The position numbers were made by a program, and so were the translations under genes. This document shows positions 14,193-25,100 of a DNA stretch of 64,000 nucleotides, piece after piece. This DNA comes from Antedon mediterranea (Eukaryota; Animalia; Echinodermata), in NCBI RefSeq assembly GCF_964355755.1, contig NC_092670.1:5694201-5758200 (forward strand). The letters are read 5' to 3'. The stretch's first letter is position 1; every line of letters begins with the position of its first letter. Below the pieces are notes generated by a model that saw only the letters and a program-made list of their open reading frames with translations, was not told the DNA's origin and did not search any database.

Positions 14193-17100
14193 TTAGTACG
14201 ATCTGTATTGTGATAAAAGGAATTGTTTATATTTGGACTTGAATGTATTTAAGTTATTAGTATTTAGTAAGGATTGACTTAAATTATTCCATACTAGAGG
14301 ACCATGGTATTTGATAGAATTCCGGATTGTGTTATGGGTTAAATTTATTGTGGCGTAATTGTTGGCGTTTCTTGTATTGTAGTTGTGAAATTCATTATTT
14401 TTGATGAAGAAATGTTTGAAAATATTTGGAAGTTGATTGTTTGAATATCTGTGCATGAATGTGGCGATTTGTAATTTGTTAATATCGAAGATGTTTAGGG
14501 TATTAAGTTTAAAGAAAAGGGACTTTGTGTGGGCTATATAGTGAGAATTGGTACAAATGCGAATAGCCCGTTTTTGGAGTTTAAAGAGTTTGTCTAATTT
14601 AGAAATATGTGTGGAAGCCCATGGACAGAGAGTTTTATTTTTAGTATCTGTAATTCCCCAAGCAATGTTACAATAGGATAGATAAGGTAAAATTAATGTG
14701 TTATATAAAGAAAAGAGGATATTAGAGGGTAGAATATATTTAAGTTTTTTTAAGACACCGATGTTTTTTGAAATTTTATTAGCTATATTTGTTATATGGG
14801 TTTTCCAGTTTAAGTTATCATCTATAGTTACACCAAGGAACTGAGAATAAGTAACCCTTTTGATAGGAGTGTTTTCTATATGGATTGTGTTTTGATTGTC
14901 ATTGCATTTTCTATTTGGAGAAAAGTGTATATATTCAGTTTTGTTTATATTTAGTGAGAGTCTATTAAGTTTAAGCCAGTGAGATATATGTTTTAGTTCC
15001 TTATTAAAAATTCTAGTTAAGGTGTTGTAGTCAGGATGGGAGGAAAAAATGTTCGTGTCGTCGGCAAACAGGACGTATTCAAAAGAGTTGGAAGCGTTGA
15101 TGATGTCGTTGACATAGATGAGAAAAAGTAGAGGACCAAGAATTGATCCTTGGGGCACACCACATGTTATGGGAAGAACTTCTGAGGAGTAGGAGCCGAA
15201 AGAGGTGATTTGTTGTCTGTTTTGAAGATAGTTAGAAAGTAGAGATAGAGGAGTTCCACGGATTCCATAGTGACTAAGTTTAGTTAAAAGAATTGTGTGG
15301 TTAATAGTGTCAAATGCTTTAGACAAGTCCAAAAATAAGCCAATAGTATGGTGGTTTTTAGATAAGGCGTTAGAGATTTTACTTTGAATGTCCAGGATTG
15401 CAAGATCAGTAGAATGTTTTGGTCTGAAGCCATATTGGTTATCATGAAAAGATTTATGTGAAGAAAGAAAGTTGTAAAGTCTATTGTATATAAGGCGTTC
15501 GAGTATTTTAGAAAAGCAAGGCAAAATTGAGATTGGACGGTAGTTTTCAAAGGAATGGGAATCATTTTTTTTATGAATAGGAATTACTTTGGCGATTTTT
15601 AAGGATGATGGAAATACACCATTAGTTAGTGATAGATTAAAAATGTGGGTAAGGGGTCTGGTAATAAAAGGTCCAATTTTTTTAATAATCGTGGGTTCAA
15701 TATCATCAAGGCCAGCACTTTTACTGTTTTTTAGATTAGAAATTATTTCAAGAATCTCTTTACCAGATGTAGGTTGGAAGAAAATTGAATTTTGAGTGGG
15801 ATTCTTTAGATAATCAGTAAAGTTGCCATGAGTAGCCGAAATTTTAGAAGAAAGATTAGGTCCAATATCAGTAAAATAGCGATTGAATTTATTAACAATT
15901 TGAGATGGGTCAGTAATTTTTGTACCATTATCTGTAAAATAACTAGGTAGCGTCTTTGTGGTGTTTTTACAGAGAATGTTATTAATTATATTCCAGGTTT
16001 TTTTAATGTTATTTTTATAGTCGTTAAACTTATTTGTATAGTGTTGCTTACATGATGTTCTTATTAGTCGTGTGAGTTTATTTCTGTAAGTAATGTAATT
16101 GGTTTTATTAATCATATTTGGTGTTTTTATATATTTTTTATATAATTTATTTCTAGTGTTTATAGATTTGATTATACCTTTTGTTATCCATGGTTTACAA
16201 AGTTTACGTTTGTTAATTTTAGTTCTTGTCTTTGGGAGGTGAGTATCGTATAGTGAAGAAAATCTGTCGAGAAAAATATTGTAGGATTCATTTGCAGAGT
16301 TATTTTGGTAGACATCGTCCCAGTTCGTGTTCATTAAGTTAATCCCTAGAGATGCTATATTTTCTTGGTTTATCTTTCTTGAGTAATGTTTTTTGTTACA
16401 TTTTAAATTTTTTATTTGATTTGAATGGGAATTGTTTAGGATTTGGAATACTGGAAAGTGATCAGTAATGTCATTAAAAAGAATACCAGGAGTTATTTTT
16501 TGGTCAAGTACATTTGTAAAAATATTATCAATAAGTGTAGATGTTTTAGTGGTTATTCTAGTTGGTTTGTCAATTAGAGGATATAAAGATGCTGAGTACA
16601 TGGTGTTTAAGAATTCATTCGTGTAGTTATGGGTTGAGTGTTTTATAAGGTCTAGGTTAAAGTCACCACAGACAAATAATTGTTTTTTTTCCTTTGTTAT
16701 TGAATCAATGCAGTTAGAAATGTTGTTTATGAATGGTTGAAAAGAGCTATTGGGAGGCCTATAGATAATACCAACAATGCTATTTTTGGTAATAGATTCT
16801 ATTTCAATAAATAACGAATCATAATTTTGGTTTGTTGGTAAATTTATATCACTTCTGATTTTGAAATTTAGTTCATCTGAAATGTAAAGGGCAACTCCCC
16901 CGCCTCTTTTACCTGCACGGTTAGATTGTATCATTGTGTATCCTTCGATATGAGTGAGTGGAGACGGTACATTGTTGATGTTATCCAACCAGGTTTCACT
17001 AAAACCAATAATTTGGAATTTATGATTTAGAGTAAGAAGATAGTTTGTGATGGAATTAAAGTTTTTTATGAGGCTTCGGGAGTTCATATGAAGTATACTG

Positions 17101-17495
17101 AGATTGGAATTTGTGTTGATTATTTTGTTGTTAAATGAATCACTCAAATAATATTCACATTTATCATTATGATTAGTTATTTCATTAATATAGTCGTAAT
17201 CATTATTGTCGTTTAGATCAAAAGGATTAAATTGTAATGATTGCAGATTAGAATAATTTATGGTATGATCATTGTTTAACTGTTTTATTTCATGTTTGAA
17301 TTCATCATCATCAATTATGTGGTTGAAAGGAAGGGTTTCTTCAAGACATTTGCAGCAGTAAAATTTGAGCGAATTTGAGTAGGGAAAACCGGCGCAGGTT
17401 GCATGAGAAGGCTTATTGCAAATATCACAGTTAACATATGTGGCTACCCTTATACATTTATCACAAGACACACAAGACATAGAACGAGTATACAT
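14193..17495 (-). CDS. LINE ORF2: N-terminal PHD-like finger, AP endonuclease, reverse transcriptase (1100 aa)
   Basis: CxxC..CDIC..HATC..CCKC; APE motifs HMNSRSL, FSETW, GGGVALY, YRPP, GDFN, TLIDN, ITDH; RT motifs YRPISIL, QYGFR, LDLSKAFD, GVPQGSILGP, FADD, FLG. Confidence 0.95.
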   Translation of the reverse strand: MYTRSMSCVSCDKCIRVATYVNCDICNKPSHATCAGFPYSNSLKFYCCKCLEETLPFNHIIDDDEFKHEIKQLNNDHTINYSNLQSLQFNPFDLNDNNDYDYINEITNHNDKCEYYLSDSFNNKIINTNSNLSILHMNSRSLIKNFNSITNYLLTLNHKFQIIGFSETWLDNINNVPSPLTHIEGYTMIQSNRAGKRGGGVALYISDELNFKIRSDINLPTNQNYDSLFIEIESITKNSIVGIIYRPPNSSFQPFINNISNCIDSITKEKKQLFVCGDFNLDLIKHSTHNYTNEFLNTMYSASLYPLIDKPTRITTKTSTLIDNIFTNVLDQKITPGILFNDITDHFPVFQILNNSHSNQIKNLKCNKKHYSRKINQENIASLGINLMNTNWDDVYQNNSANESYNIFLDRFSSLYDTHLPKTRTKINKRKLCKPWITKGIIKSINTRNKLYKKYIKTPNMINKTNYITYRNKLTRLIRTSCKQHYTNKFNDYKNNIKKTWNIINNILCKNTTKTLPSYFTDNGTKITDPSQIVNKFNRYFTDIGPNLSSKISATHGNFTDYLKNPTQNSIFFQPTSGKEILEIISNLKNSKSAGLDDIEPTIIKKIGPFITRPLTHIFNLSLTNGVFPSSLKIAKVIPIHKKNDSHSFENYRPISILPCFSKILERLIYNRLYNFLSSHKSFHDNQYGFRPKHSTDLAILDIQSKISNALSKNHHTIGLFLDLSKAFDTINHTILLTKLSHYGIRGTPLSLLSNYLQNRQQITSFGSYSSEVLPITCGVPQGSILGPLLFLIYVNDIINASNSFEYVLFADDTNIFSSHPDYNTLTRIFNKELKHISHWLKLNRLSLNINKTEYIHFSPNRKCNDNQNTIHIENTPIKRVTYSQFLGVTIDDNLNWKTHITNIANKISKNIGVLKKLKYILPSNILFSLYNTLILPYLSYCNIAWGITDTKNKTLCPWASTHISKLDKLFKLQKRAIRICTNSHYIAHTKSLFFKLNTLNIFDINKLQIATFMHRYSNNQLPNIFKHFFIKNNEFHNYNTRNANNYATINLTHNTIRNSIKYHGPLVWNNLSQSLLNTNNLNTFKSKYKQFLLSQYRSY

Positions 17496-18019
17496 TTAAA
17501 CAATTAATAATAACAATAATAATAATAATAATAATGAGGTTTATAAATATTCGATTTATCAGATGAATTATAAGTAGGAATAATATTGCATAATCGCACA
17601 GAGCACTACAAAATTGCGTAATATGGAAGTTTTAAATTAAATTAAGGCATTGAGGTTGGTTGTTTACTTATTTTTATACCAATATATATGTTTGATAATA
17701 GAGTTATTGGTAATTAAAGTAATATTAGTTATACAATGTTTATTCTCAAAGTTATTGATTAAAAGTATTGCTAATAGTATGAAAACAAAGGGAATAATAA
17801 TGATAGGTATATAAATCAATATACTTCATAATAGTGATTTTAGGGATATCAGTTGTTACAATTATTGAATAGTAGTCGTAATAATATGATAACGGTATTA
17901 TAATAAAGAAGAATAATAATGATTAATAATACCGTACCAATTATCAATTAACTATTACGATCAAATGAATGGTATAGCAATACAAATGGGATGATAATAA
18001 TACTAGTAATAATAATACC

Positions 18020-18051
<32 letters not shown>

Positions 18052-18234
18052 ACTAATAATAACAATAATAATAATAATAATAAAAGATGATGATGACGAT
18101 AAACGACAACAGCAGGAGTAATGTAATATAAATAATTTTGGGATCAGACAGGAACAATCAAGGTTTACTGTAGCTGAATCCGCAAAGCGGAACATACAAG
18201 CAATATTAATTGATAGTTGATGTTTTAATTACAT

Positions 18235-19188
18235 CTAGAGATTACGGAGGTCGGATGTAGACCTAATGACAATCTTCTTCTTGTTGTGCAGAAGGCAGTT
18301 GATCCGTCCATCGAGCGACCACGCGGCTTCCACAGCGGCATGTGCGCCCGCTTCGCGCAGGAGGGTCATGCGAGAAGGTGTTAAGTTCTCGGTTATGGAG
18401 TAAGAAGAATTTTTAAGCAATTTCTTGTTGCGAAATACTTCTGCTCGTGCGCGGTATGTGGAAAATTTTACGATAATCGGACGAGGCCTCGGTTTAGAAC
18501 TGCTGCGTGTTTTGTTGTTATGGAGTACTCTCTTCCGTCCAAGTCGATGAGTTCGGTCAATCTCGATTAGTTCCATATCTTCGCAGATGCGTGATGTTAT
18601 AATATCTAGAGTTAAAGTATCTGTGTTTTCATTTGCCGTTTCGGGTACTCCGTGAATTAGTAGGCAGTTGCGCCTACTGTACTGTTCGAGGTCATCGATC
18701 TTGTCCACCATACCGCGATGTTCTTTTCTCAGACGGTCATTTTGCTCTTGTAGAGTAATAATGTCGCCCGCTATAGTCTCGTTGTCCATGGAGATGCTAC
18801 TGTAAATATTTTGGCTAACCTGGTCAATAATAGCGTCACTTATTGATCTTATTACGGTTTCATTTCCGCATATGGATGATATTATTTTATCCATAAGATC
18901 GGGTGACGAAAGAATATGTTTGCTTATCGTTGCTGCAACAATACTTACAAGTTCCTTATCGTCTGATAGGAGGAGCTTAACATCTTGCAAAGTAGACGAG
19001 TCCTTTGACAACAATGGGCTTTGTTGTTGTACCGGCAAGGCTTCGGTTTCTGGTATGTTGGGTGAATCAGCAGGCTGGGTAGCAGGCTGTTCTCCATCGT
19101 TGATCGGGCCTTCGGTAGGCACAGATAAATTATCGGTTGATTTCCCGGTTGTCCGTTTTGATCTTAAATTTGGCTTCGTAGACATCAT
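18235..19188 (-). CDS. LINE ORF1 (coiled coil plus L1-ORF1p-like RRM/CTD, 317 aa)
   Basis: LEQYSRRNCLLIHGVPE, IDRTHRLG, RPRPIIVKF and ITENLT motifs; upstream of ORF2 on the same strand. Confidence 0.9.
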   Translation of the reverse strand: MMSTKPNLRSKRTTGKSTDNLSVPTEGPINDGEQPATQPADSPNIPETEALPVQQQSPLLSKDSSTLQDVKLLLSDDKELVSIVAATISKHILSSPDLMDKIISSICGNETVIRSISDAIIDQVSQNIYSSISMDNETIAGDIITLQEQNDRLRKEHRGMVDKIDDLEQYSRRNCLLIHGVPETANENTDTLTLDIITSRICEDMELIEIDRTHRLGRKRVLHNNKTRSSSKPRPRPIIVKFSTYRARAEVFRNKKLLKNSSYSITENLTPSRMTLLREAGAHAAVEAAWSLDGRINCLLHNKKKIVIRSTSDLRNL

Positions 19189-22100
19189 TTAAAAGCCTTT
19201 AGAAGTATTGGTGTTTGATTGATTATGCCGTATAGTGTATAATTATGGAGCAATTTAGAGGTTTTGTGAGCGATCTGAAATGCGTTGTTATCAGTGGCTC
19301 GACATACTACATGAATGATCAAAACTGATGCCCTTAACATGTTCATTCCAAATGTAGCTTACGTGTTCACTTTTCTTTCAAACCTATACAATCATAATCC
19401 ATCATATTGATGGCAGGTAATTTCCAAATTTCCAAATGTGGCTGACGTGTTCAAATTCTTTTTTAATTCTATAATCATAATCCATCATATTGATGGCAGG
19501 TAATTTCCAAATGTAGCTGACATGTTCACATTTAAAAAAATCTATAATCACTCCATCATATTGATGGCAGGTAATTTCAAATTTCAACAAATGTAGGCCT
19601 AACTTGCGTGTTCAATTTTTTTTTTAATCTATATAAATCATAACACATCATATTTGATGGCAGTGAATTTTATAATTTTACTAATTATTATTGAGTATAA
19701 AATAATTTCATAGTTATGCAATTATATTATAATATTCAGTATACAGTAGGCCTATGCTGTAGTTTAAAGGTCAATAACCATACTATCGGCCATTCTTGTA
19801 CAAAATGTGCCATTAGACTGTATAGAAACACATATGTTTTAAACAATTTAAAAAGAAAAAAAAATTCATAAGACCACAATTTTCAAAGTTATATTATTAT
19901 TATATTATTATATTTGACTAATAGTTCAAAGGTCAATAGTTGTAGAATCGGCCATTTTTTGTAAAAACATTTCATTATAATAAATAAGAATGTATAGCTT
20001 CTGAACAATTTGAGCCCTATTTCGTGTCTCTCCGATTATTGGTTACTGAGATACGATAAATCAAGGTCAAAGGTCAAAATGTCAGAAATAAGACTTGCAT
20101 CCATTTTTTGAGAAAATGTGTCATTAAAGTGAATATAAAAACATATATTTAAAACATTTTGACACCAAAATTAATTATCTGTGACTAGTGGTTCTCGAGA
20201 TATAGGGTAATTATAAAAAATGGCCGCCATTTTTAATTATGCAAATTAAGGGCTTAGATGGCCGAATTTCGCTTGGGATCCGCCATATTCGTAATAAGCG
20301 AGGTCAAAATATCCTAAATCAAGTGGATCCCAGCTTCTACCCAAAAATGCTTCTTACATCATATTTCAGAGGAAATAGAACTTGTCTATATCCCCTTAAT
20401 GTTAATGTTGCACCACTTGCGCGGCGGATAACCAAACTCGTCAAAGTGACGAGTTACATGTCTAGTATTCTTCTTCTTTCTTTCTGTATGATTTTTGTGT
20501 AACGCTTTTCTCTAAAACTCGCAAACATAACATTTCGGTAACTATGTTAACATTTTGACATTTATGTAACGTCGTCAAGCGAAGCTTTTCATGATGTTTA
20601 CAATTGCGCAACGTGACGTACGCGCGATTTAACGATTTTCTCGTATCTAACATATGTCGAAAACCAAATAACATTTTAAAGTGAAACTTTGCAAAAGTTT
20701 AATTTATATCATGCGCTAACTTTCTGTTGAAAAAAAATTGCGTGTTTTACACAAAGTTACGCGCGCACGCGTATTTAAAATTTCAAAATGCGCAAAATTA
20801 ATTTATAATCAACTTTCTACGCGTTTTATGTCGTTTTAAGCATGTCAAAAATTCCCACGCGTGCGCACATTTTTACGTGTGCGGTGCGCACGTAGCATTG
20901 AAAACGTATTTTTTTCGCGTGATTTATGTTTTTCCAGCCTTTTCTAGCAATTTTACCAAATTTTAAACAATTTCGACTTAAAGATACGTCATACGAGCAC
21001 GTCGAATTGGACAATTTGCGCGCGTTTTTTATGAAAAGGTTAAAAAATTCGTTTAAAATATGCCTTTTTTTAAACAGTCGTAATTTCTAAACTAGACGGT
21101 CAACTTTTTGTGGATGACATATTCTGGAAGTAGATGAGTTGTAGATATCGGATCAGGTATTAATATGGCTAACCGGACATTGTGACGTCATCGTATGGCC
21201 ACGCGAATATAAAATTTAGGATTTTTGTATCTTTCGTCATAACTCATCACATTGAATAGAGCGCATCTCCACCTATTCGTTTTCTATTTTCACCCTGATT
21301 TTGATATTGTCTAGGTCAATCAACTATCTTTCGCATGAGTTAAAAATATTTTAATTTTTTTGACGTCATCATGCCTAAAAATTTAAATCACGTGTGGCAT
21401 CAATTTCATCTTTACAGTAAATTTTAATCTGTTATAGCTCGTAAGAATAAAATGTGATAATCACGATTAAAACTTTTTCTGGAAGCTATTGGATTGTAGA
21501 TACGAAATTATGTAAAAATGTTGCCAATCGGATGTTGTGACGTCATCATATGGCCAGTTAAATGAAAAAGGTCGTATTTTCATCTTTTGCGTCATAATTC
21601 ATTACATTTAAAATAGCGCGCATCAATATTTCACGTATTCAAATTTCTTCTACACGCTAATACGTTGTTGCTGAGATAATTTCCTTTCGGAATTGCTACC
21701 TTCGCGTTTTATTTTAAAACCGTCAACATGTTAAAAATTGCAATAAATAGCAGGTCCCGTAATTTCACCTATTCTACACTGTATGTCACTGTATGTGATA
21801 TGGATACAGAATATACTGTGTATACTATATATGAATTTAAATAATAAAATTCAGCAATAACAACATATCATATTCTTCAGTTCAGATCATAATGCCAACG
21901 TAAACACTTCCTTTTGTCCTCAACCTATCCCCTTAATGTTAATGTTGCACCACTTGCGCGGCGGATAACCAAACTCGTCAAAGTGACGAGTTACATGTCT
22001 AGTTTCTCTTCTTTCTTTCTGTATGATTTTTGTGGAACGCTTTTCTCGAAAACTTGCAAACATAACATTTTGTAACTTTCTCAAAATATCGTCATGCACA

Positions 22101-25100
22101 TGAAGATGTGCAGCGAAGCTTTTCATGATGTTTAAAATTGCGCAACGTGACTTACGCGCGATTTAACGATTTTGTCGTATTTAACATAGCTCGACAACCA
22201 AATAACATTTCAACTTGAAACTTTGCAAAAGTTTAATTTATATCATGCGCTAACTTTCTGTTGAAAAAAAATTGCGTGTTTTACACAAAGTTACGCGCGC
22301 ACGCGCATATAAAATTTCAAAATGCGCAAAATTAATTTATAATCAACTTTCTACGCGTTTCATGTCGTTTTAAGCATGTCAAAAATTCCCACGCGTGCGC
22401 ACATTTTTACGTGTGCGGTGCGCACGTAGCATTGAAAACGTATTTTTTTCGCGTGATTTATGTTGTTCCAGCTTTTTCAAGTAATTTTACCAAATTTTAA
22501 ACAATTTCGACTTAAAGATACGTCATACGAGCACGTCGAATTGGACAATTGGCGCGCGTTTTTTATGAAAAGGTTAAAAAATTCGTTTAAAATATGCCTT
22601 TTTTTAAACAGTCGTAATTTCTAAACTAGACGGTCAACTTTTTGTGAATGGCATATTCTGGAAGTAGATGAGTTGTAGATATCGGATCAGGTAGTAATAT
22701 GGCTAACCGGACATTGTGACGTCATCGTATGGCCACACGAATATAAAATTTAGGATTTTTGTATCTTTCGTCATAGCTCATCACATTGAATAGAGCGCAT
22801 CTCCACTTATCCGTTTTCAATTTTCACCCCGATTTTGATATTGTCTAGGTCAATCAAGTATCTTTCGCATGAGTTAAAAATATTTTAATTGTTTTTACGT
22901 CATCATGCCTAAAAATTTAAATCACGTGTGGCATTAATTTCATCTTTACAGTAAATTTTAATCTGTTATAGCTCGTAAGAATAAAATGTGATAATCACGA
23001 TTAAAACTTTTTCTGGAAGCTATTGGATTGTAGATACGAAATTATGTAAAAATGTTGCCAATCGGATGTTGTGACGTCATCATATGGCCAGTTAAATAAA
23101 AAAGGTCGTATTTTCATCTTTTGCGTCATAATTCATTACATTTAAAAGAGCGCGCATCAATATTTCACGTATTCAAATTTCTTCTACACGCTAATACGTT
23201 GTTGCTGAGATAATTTCCTTTCGGAATTGCTACCTTCGCGTTTCATTTTAAAACCGTCAACATGTTAAAAATTGCAATAAATAGCGGGTCCCGTAATTTC
23301 ACCTATTCTACACTGTATGTGATATGGATACAGATACTGTGTATACTATATATGAATTTAAATAATAAAATTCAGCAATAACAACATATCATATTCTTCA
23401 GTTCAGGTCATAATGCCAACGTGAACACTTCCTTTTGTCCTCAACCTATCCTCTTAATGTTAATGTTGCACCACTTGCGCGGCGGATAACCAAACTCGTC
23501 AAAGTGACGAGTTACATGTCTAGTCTGTATTATTCTTCTGTCTTTCTTCCTTTTTTTGTCAGCCCTGTTTCTCTAAAATGTGTAAACAGAACATATCGTA
23601 ACTTTGTCAAAATATAGACATTTACGTGAAGTTGTGCACCTCCTATTTTTGAAAAACGTCAGAGTTGCGCAACGTGACTTGCACGCAATTTTATGAATTT
23701 AAATGATTGATCATAGATTAAAAACCAAAAGTCGATTTGTATTGAGACTTGGTGAAAATTTAATTTATATCAAGAGTCAATTTTCTGTGGATTAAAAATG
23801 GCATGTTTCACACAAAGTTACGCGCGCACGCGCATTTAAAATTTCAAAATGCGCAAAATTAATTTCTAATCAACTTTCTACGCGTTTCATGTAATTTTAA
23901 GCATGTCAAAAATTCCCACGCGCCCGCAAATTTTTACGTGCGCGGTGCGCATGTAGCGTTGAAAACATATTTTTTTCTCGTGATTTATGTTTTTATAGCT
24001 TTTTTTAGTAATTTTATCAACTTTTAAACAATTTCGACTTAAAATCACGTCATATGAGCACGTCGAATTGAACAATTTGTGCGCTTTTTTAATGAAAAAG
24101 TTCAAAAATTTGTCAAAATTATGCCTTTTTTTAAACAGTCGTAATTTCTAAACTGCACCGTCAACTTTTTGTGGATAACATATTCTGAAAGTTGATTAGT
24201 TGTATATATCAGATCATGTATTAATATGGCTAACCGGACATTATGACGTCATCGTATGGCCACGCAAATATAAAATAAAGGATTTTTGTATCTTTCGTTA
24301 TAGGTCATCACATTTAATAGAGCGCATCTCAACTTAGCCGTTTTCCATTTTCACCCCGATTTTTATATTGTCTAGGTCAATCAACTATCTTTCGCATGAG
24401 TTAAAAATATTTTAATTTTTATGACGTCATCATGCCTAAAAATTTAAATTACGTGTGGCATTAATTTCATCTTTACAGTAAATTTTAATCTGTTATAGCT
24501 CGTAAGAATAAAATTTGATAATCACGATTAAAACGTTTTCTAGTAGCTATTGGATTGTAGATAGGAAATCATGTGAAAATTTTGCCAATCGGATGTTGTG
24601 ATGTCATCATATGACTAGTTAAATAAAAAAAGTCGTATTTTCATCTTTTGCGTCATAATTTATTACATTTAAAAGAGCGCGCATCAATATTTTACGTATT
24701 TAAATTTCTTCTACACATTAATATGTTGTTGCCGAGATAATTTCCTTCCGAAATTGCTATCTTAGTGTTTCATTTTGATACCGTCGCCATGTTAAAAATT
24801 GGAATAAATGGCGGGTCCAGTCATTTCACCTATTCTACACTGTATGTAATATATGTATACAGATTATATTGTATACTATATGACAAAAAATAACAGAATT
24901 CAGCAATAACAACATATCATATTCTTCAGTTCAGGTCATATTGCCATAATCTTTTTCTGTGTGCAATATTCTAACGTATGACGTGCACGTGGCCTTTGTC
25001 GTGCGGATAACTAACTCGTCAAAGTGACGAGTTACATGTCTAGTATTATTCTTCTGTCTTTCTCCCTCACTTTTTGTGCAGAGCGTATCTCTAAAATGGG

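Larger units (their letters stand above)
13814..19309 (-). mobile_element. Apparently full-length CR1-group (CR1/Crack/L2-related) non-LTR retrotransposon
   Basis: ORF1 and ORF2 are intact. The 3' end is AATAAA plus a short (ACGA)n tail. Boundaries come from comparison with the uninterrupted Academ left arm (TTTGCATGAATGATC), with CAT on both sides (13811-13813 and 19310-19312). Confidence 0.88.
10817..20388. mobile_element. Academ-superfamily DNA transposon derivative with very long inverted arms (foldback)
   Basis: Termini TAGACAGGTTCCATTTC ... GAAATAGAACTTGTCTA. 3-bp TSD TAT (10814-10816 and 20389-20391); the empty site CAACCTATCCCCTTAA is present in sister units. Arms 10817-~12705 and ~13480-20388 (minus the LINE) are reverse complements. 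Academ-type transposase remnants inside. Confidence 0.85.

Noticed and set aside
17944-18195. Hydrophobic ORF resembling a membrane protein between LINE ORF1 and ORF2
   Set aside because: Translation of an (ATT)n microsatellite.
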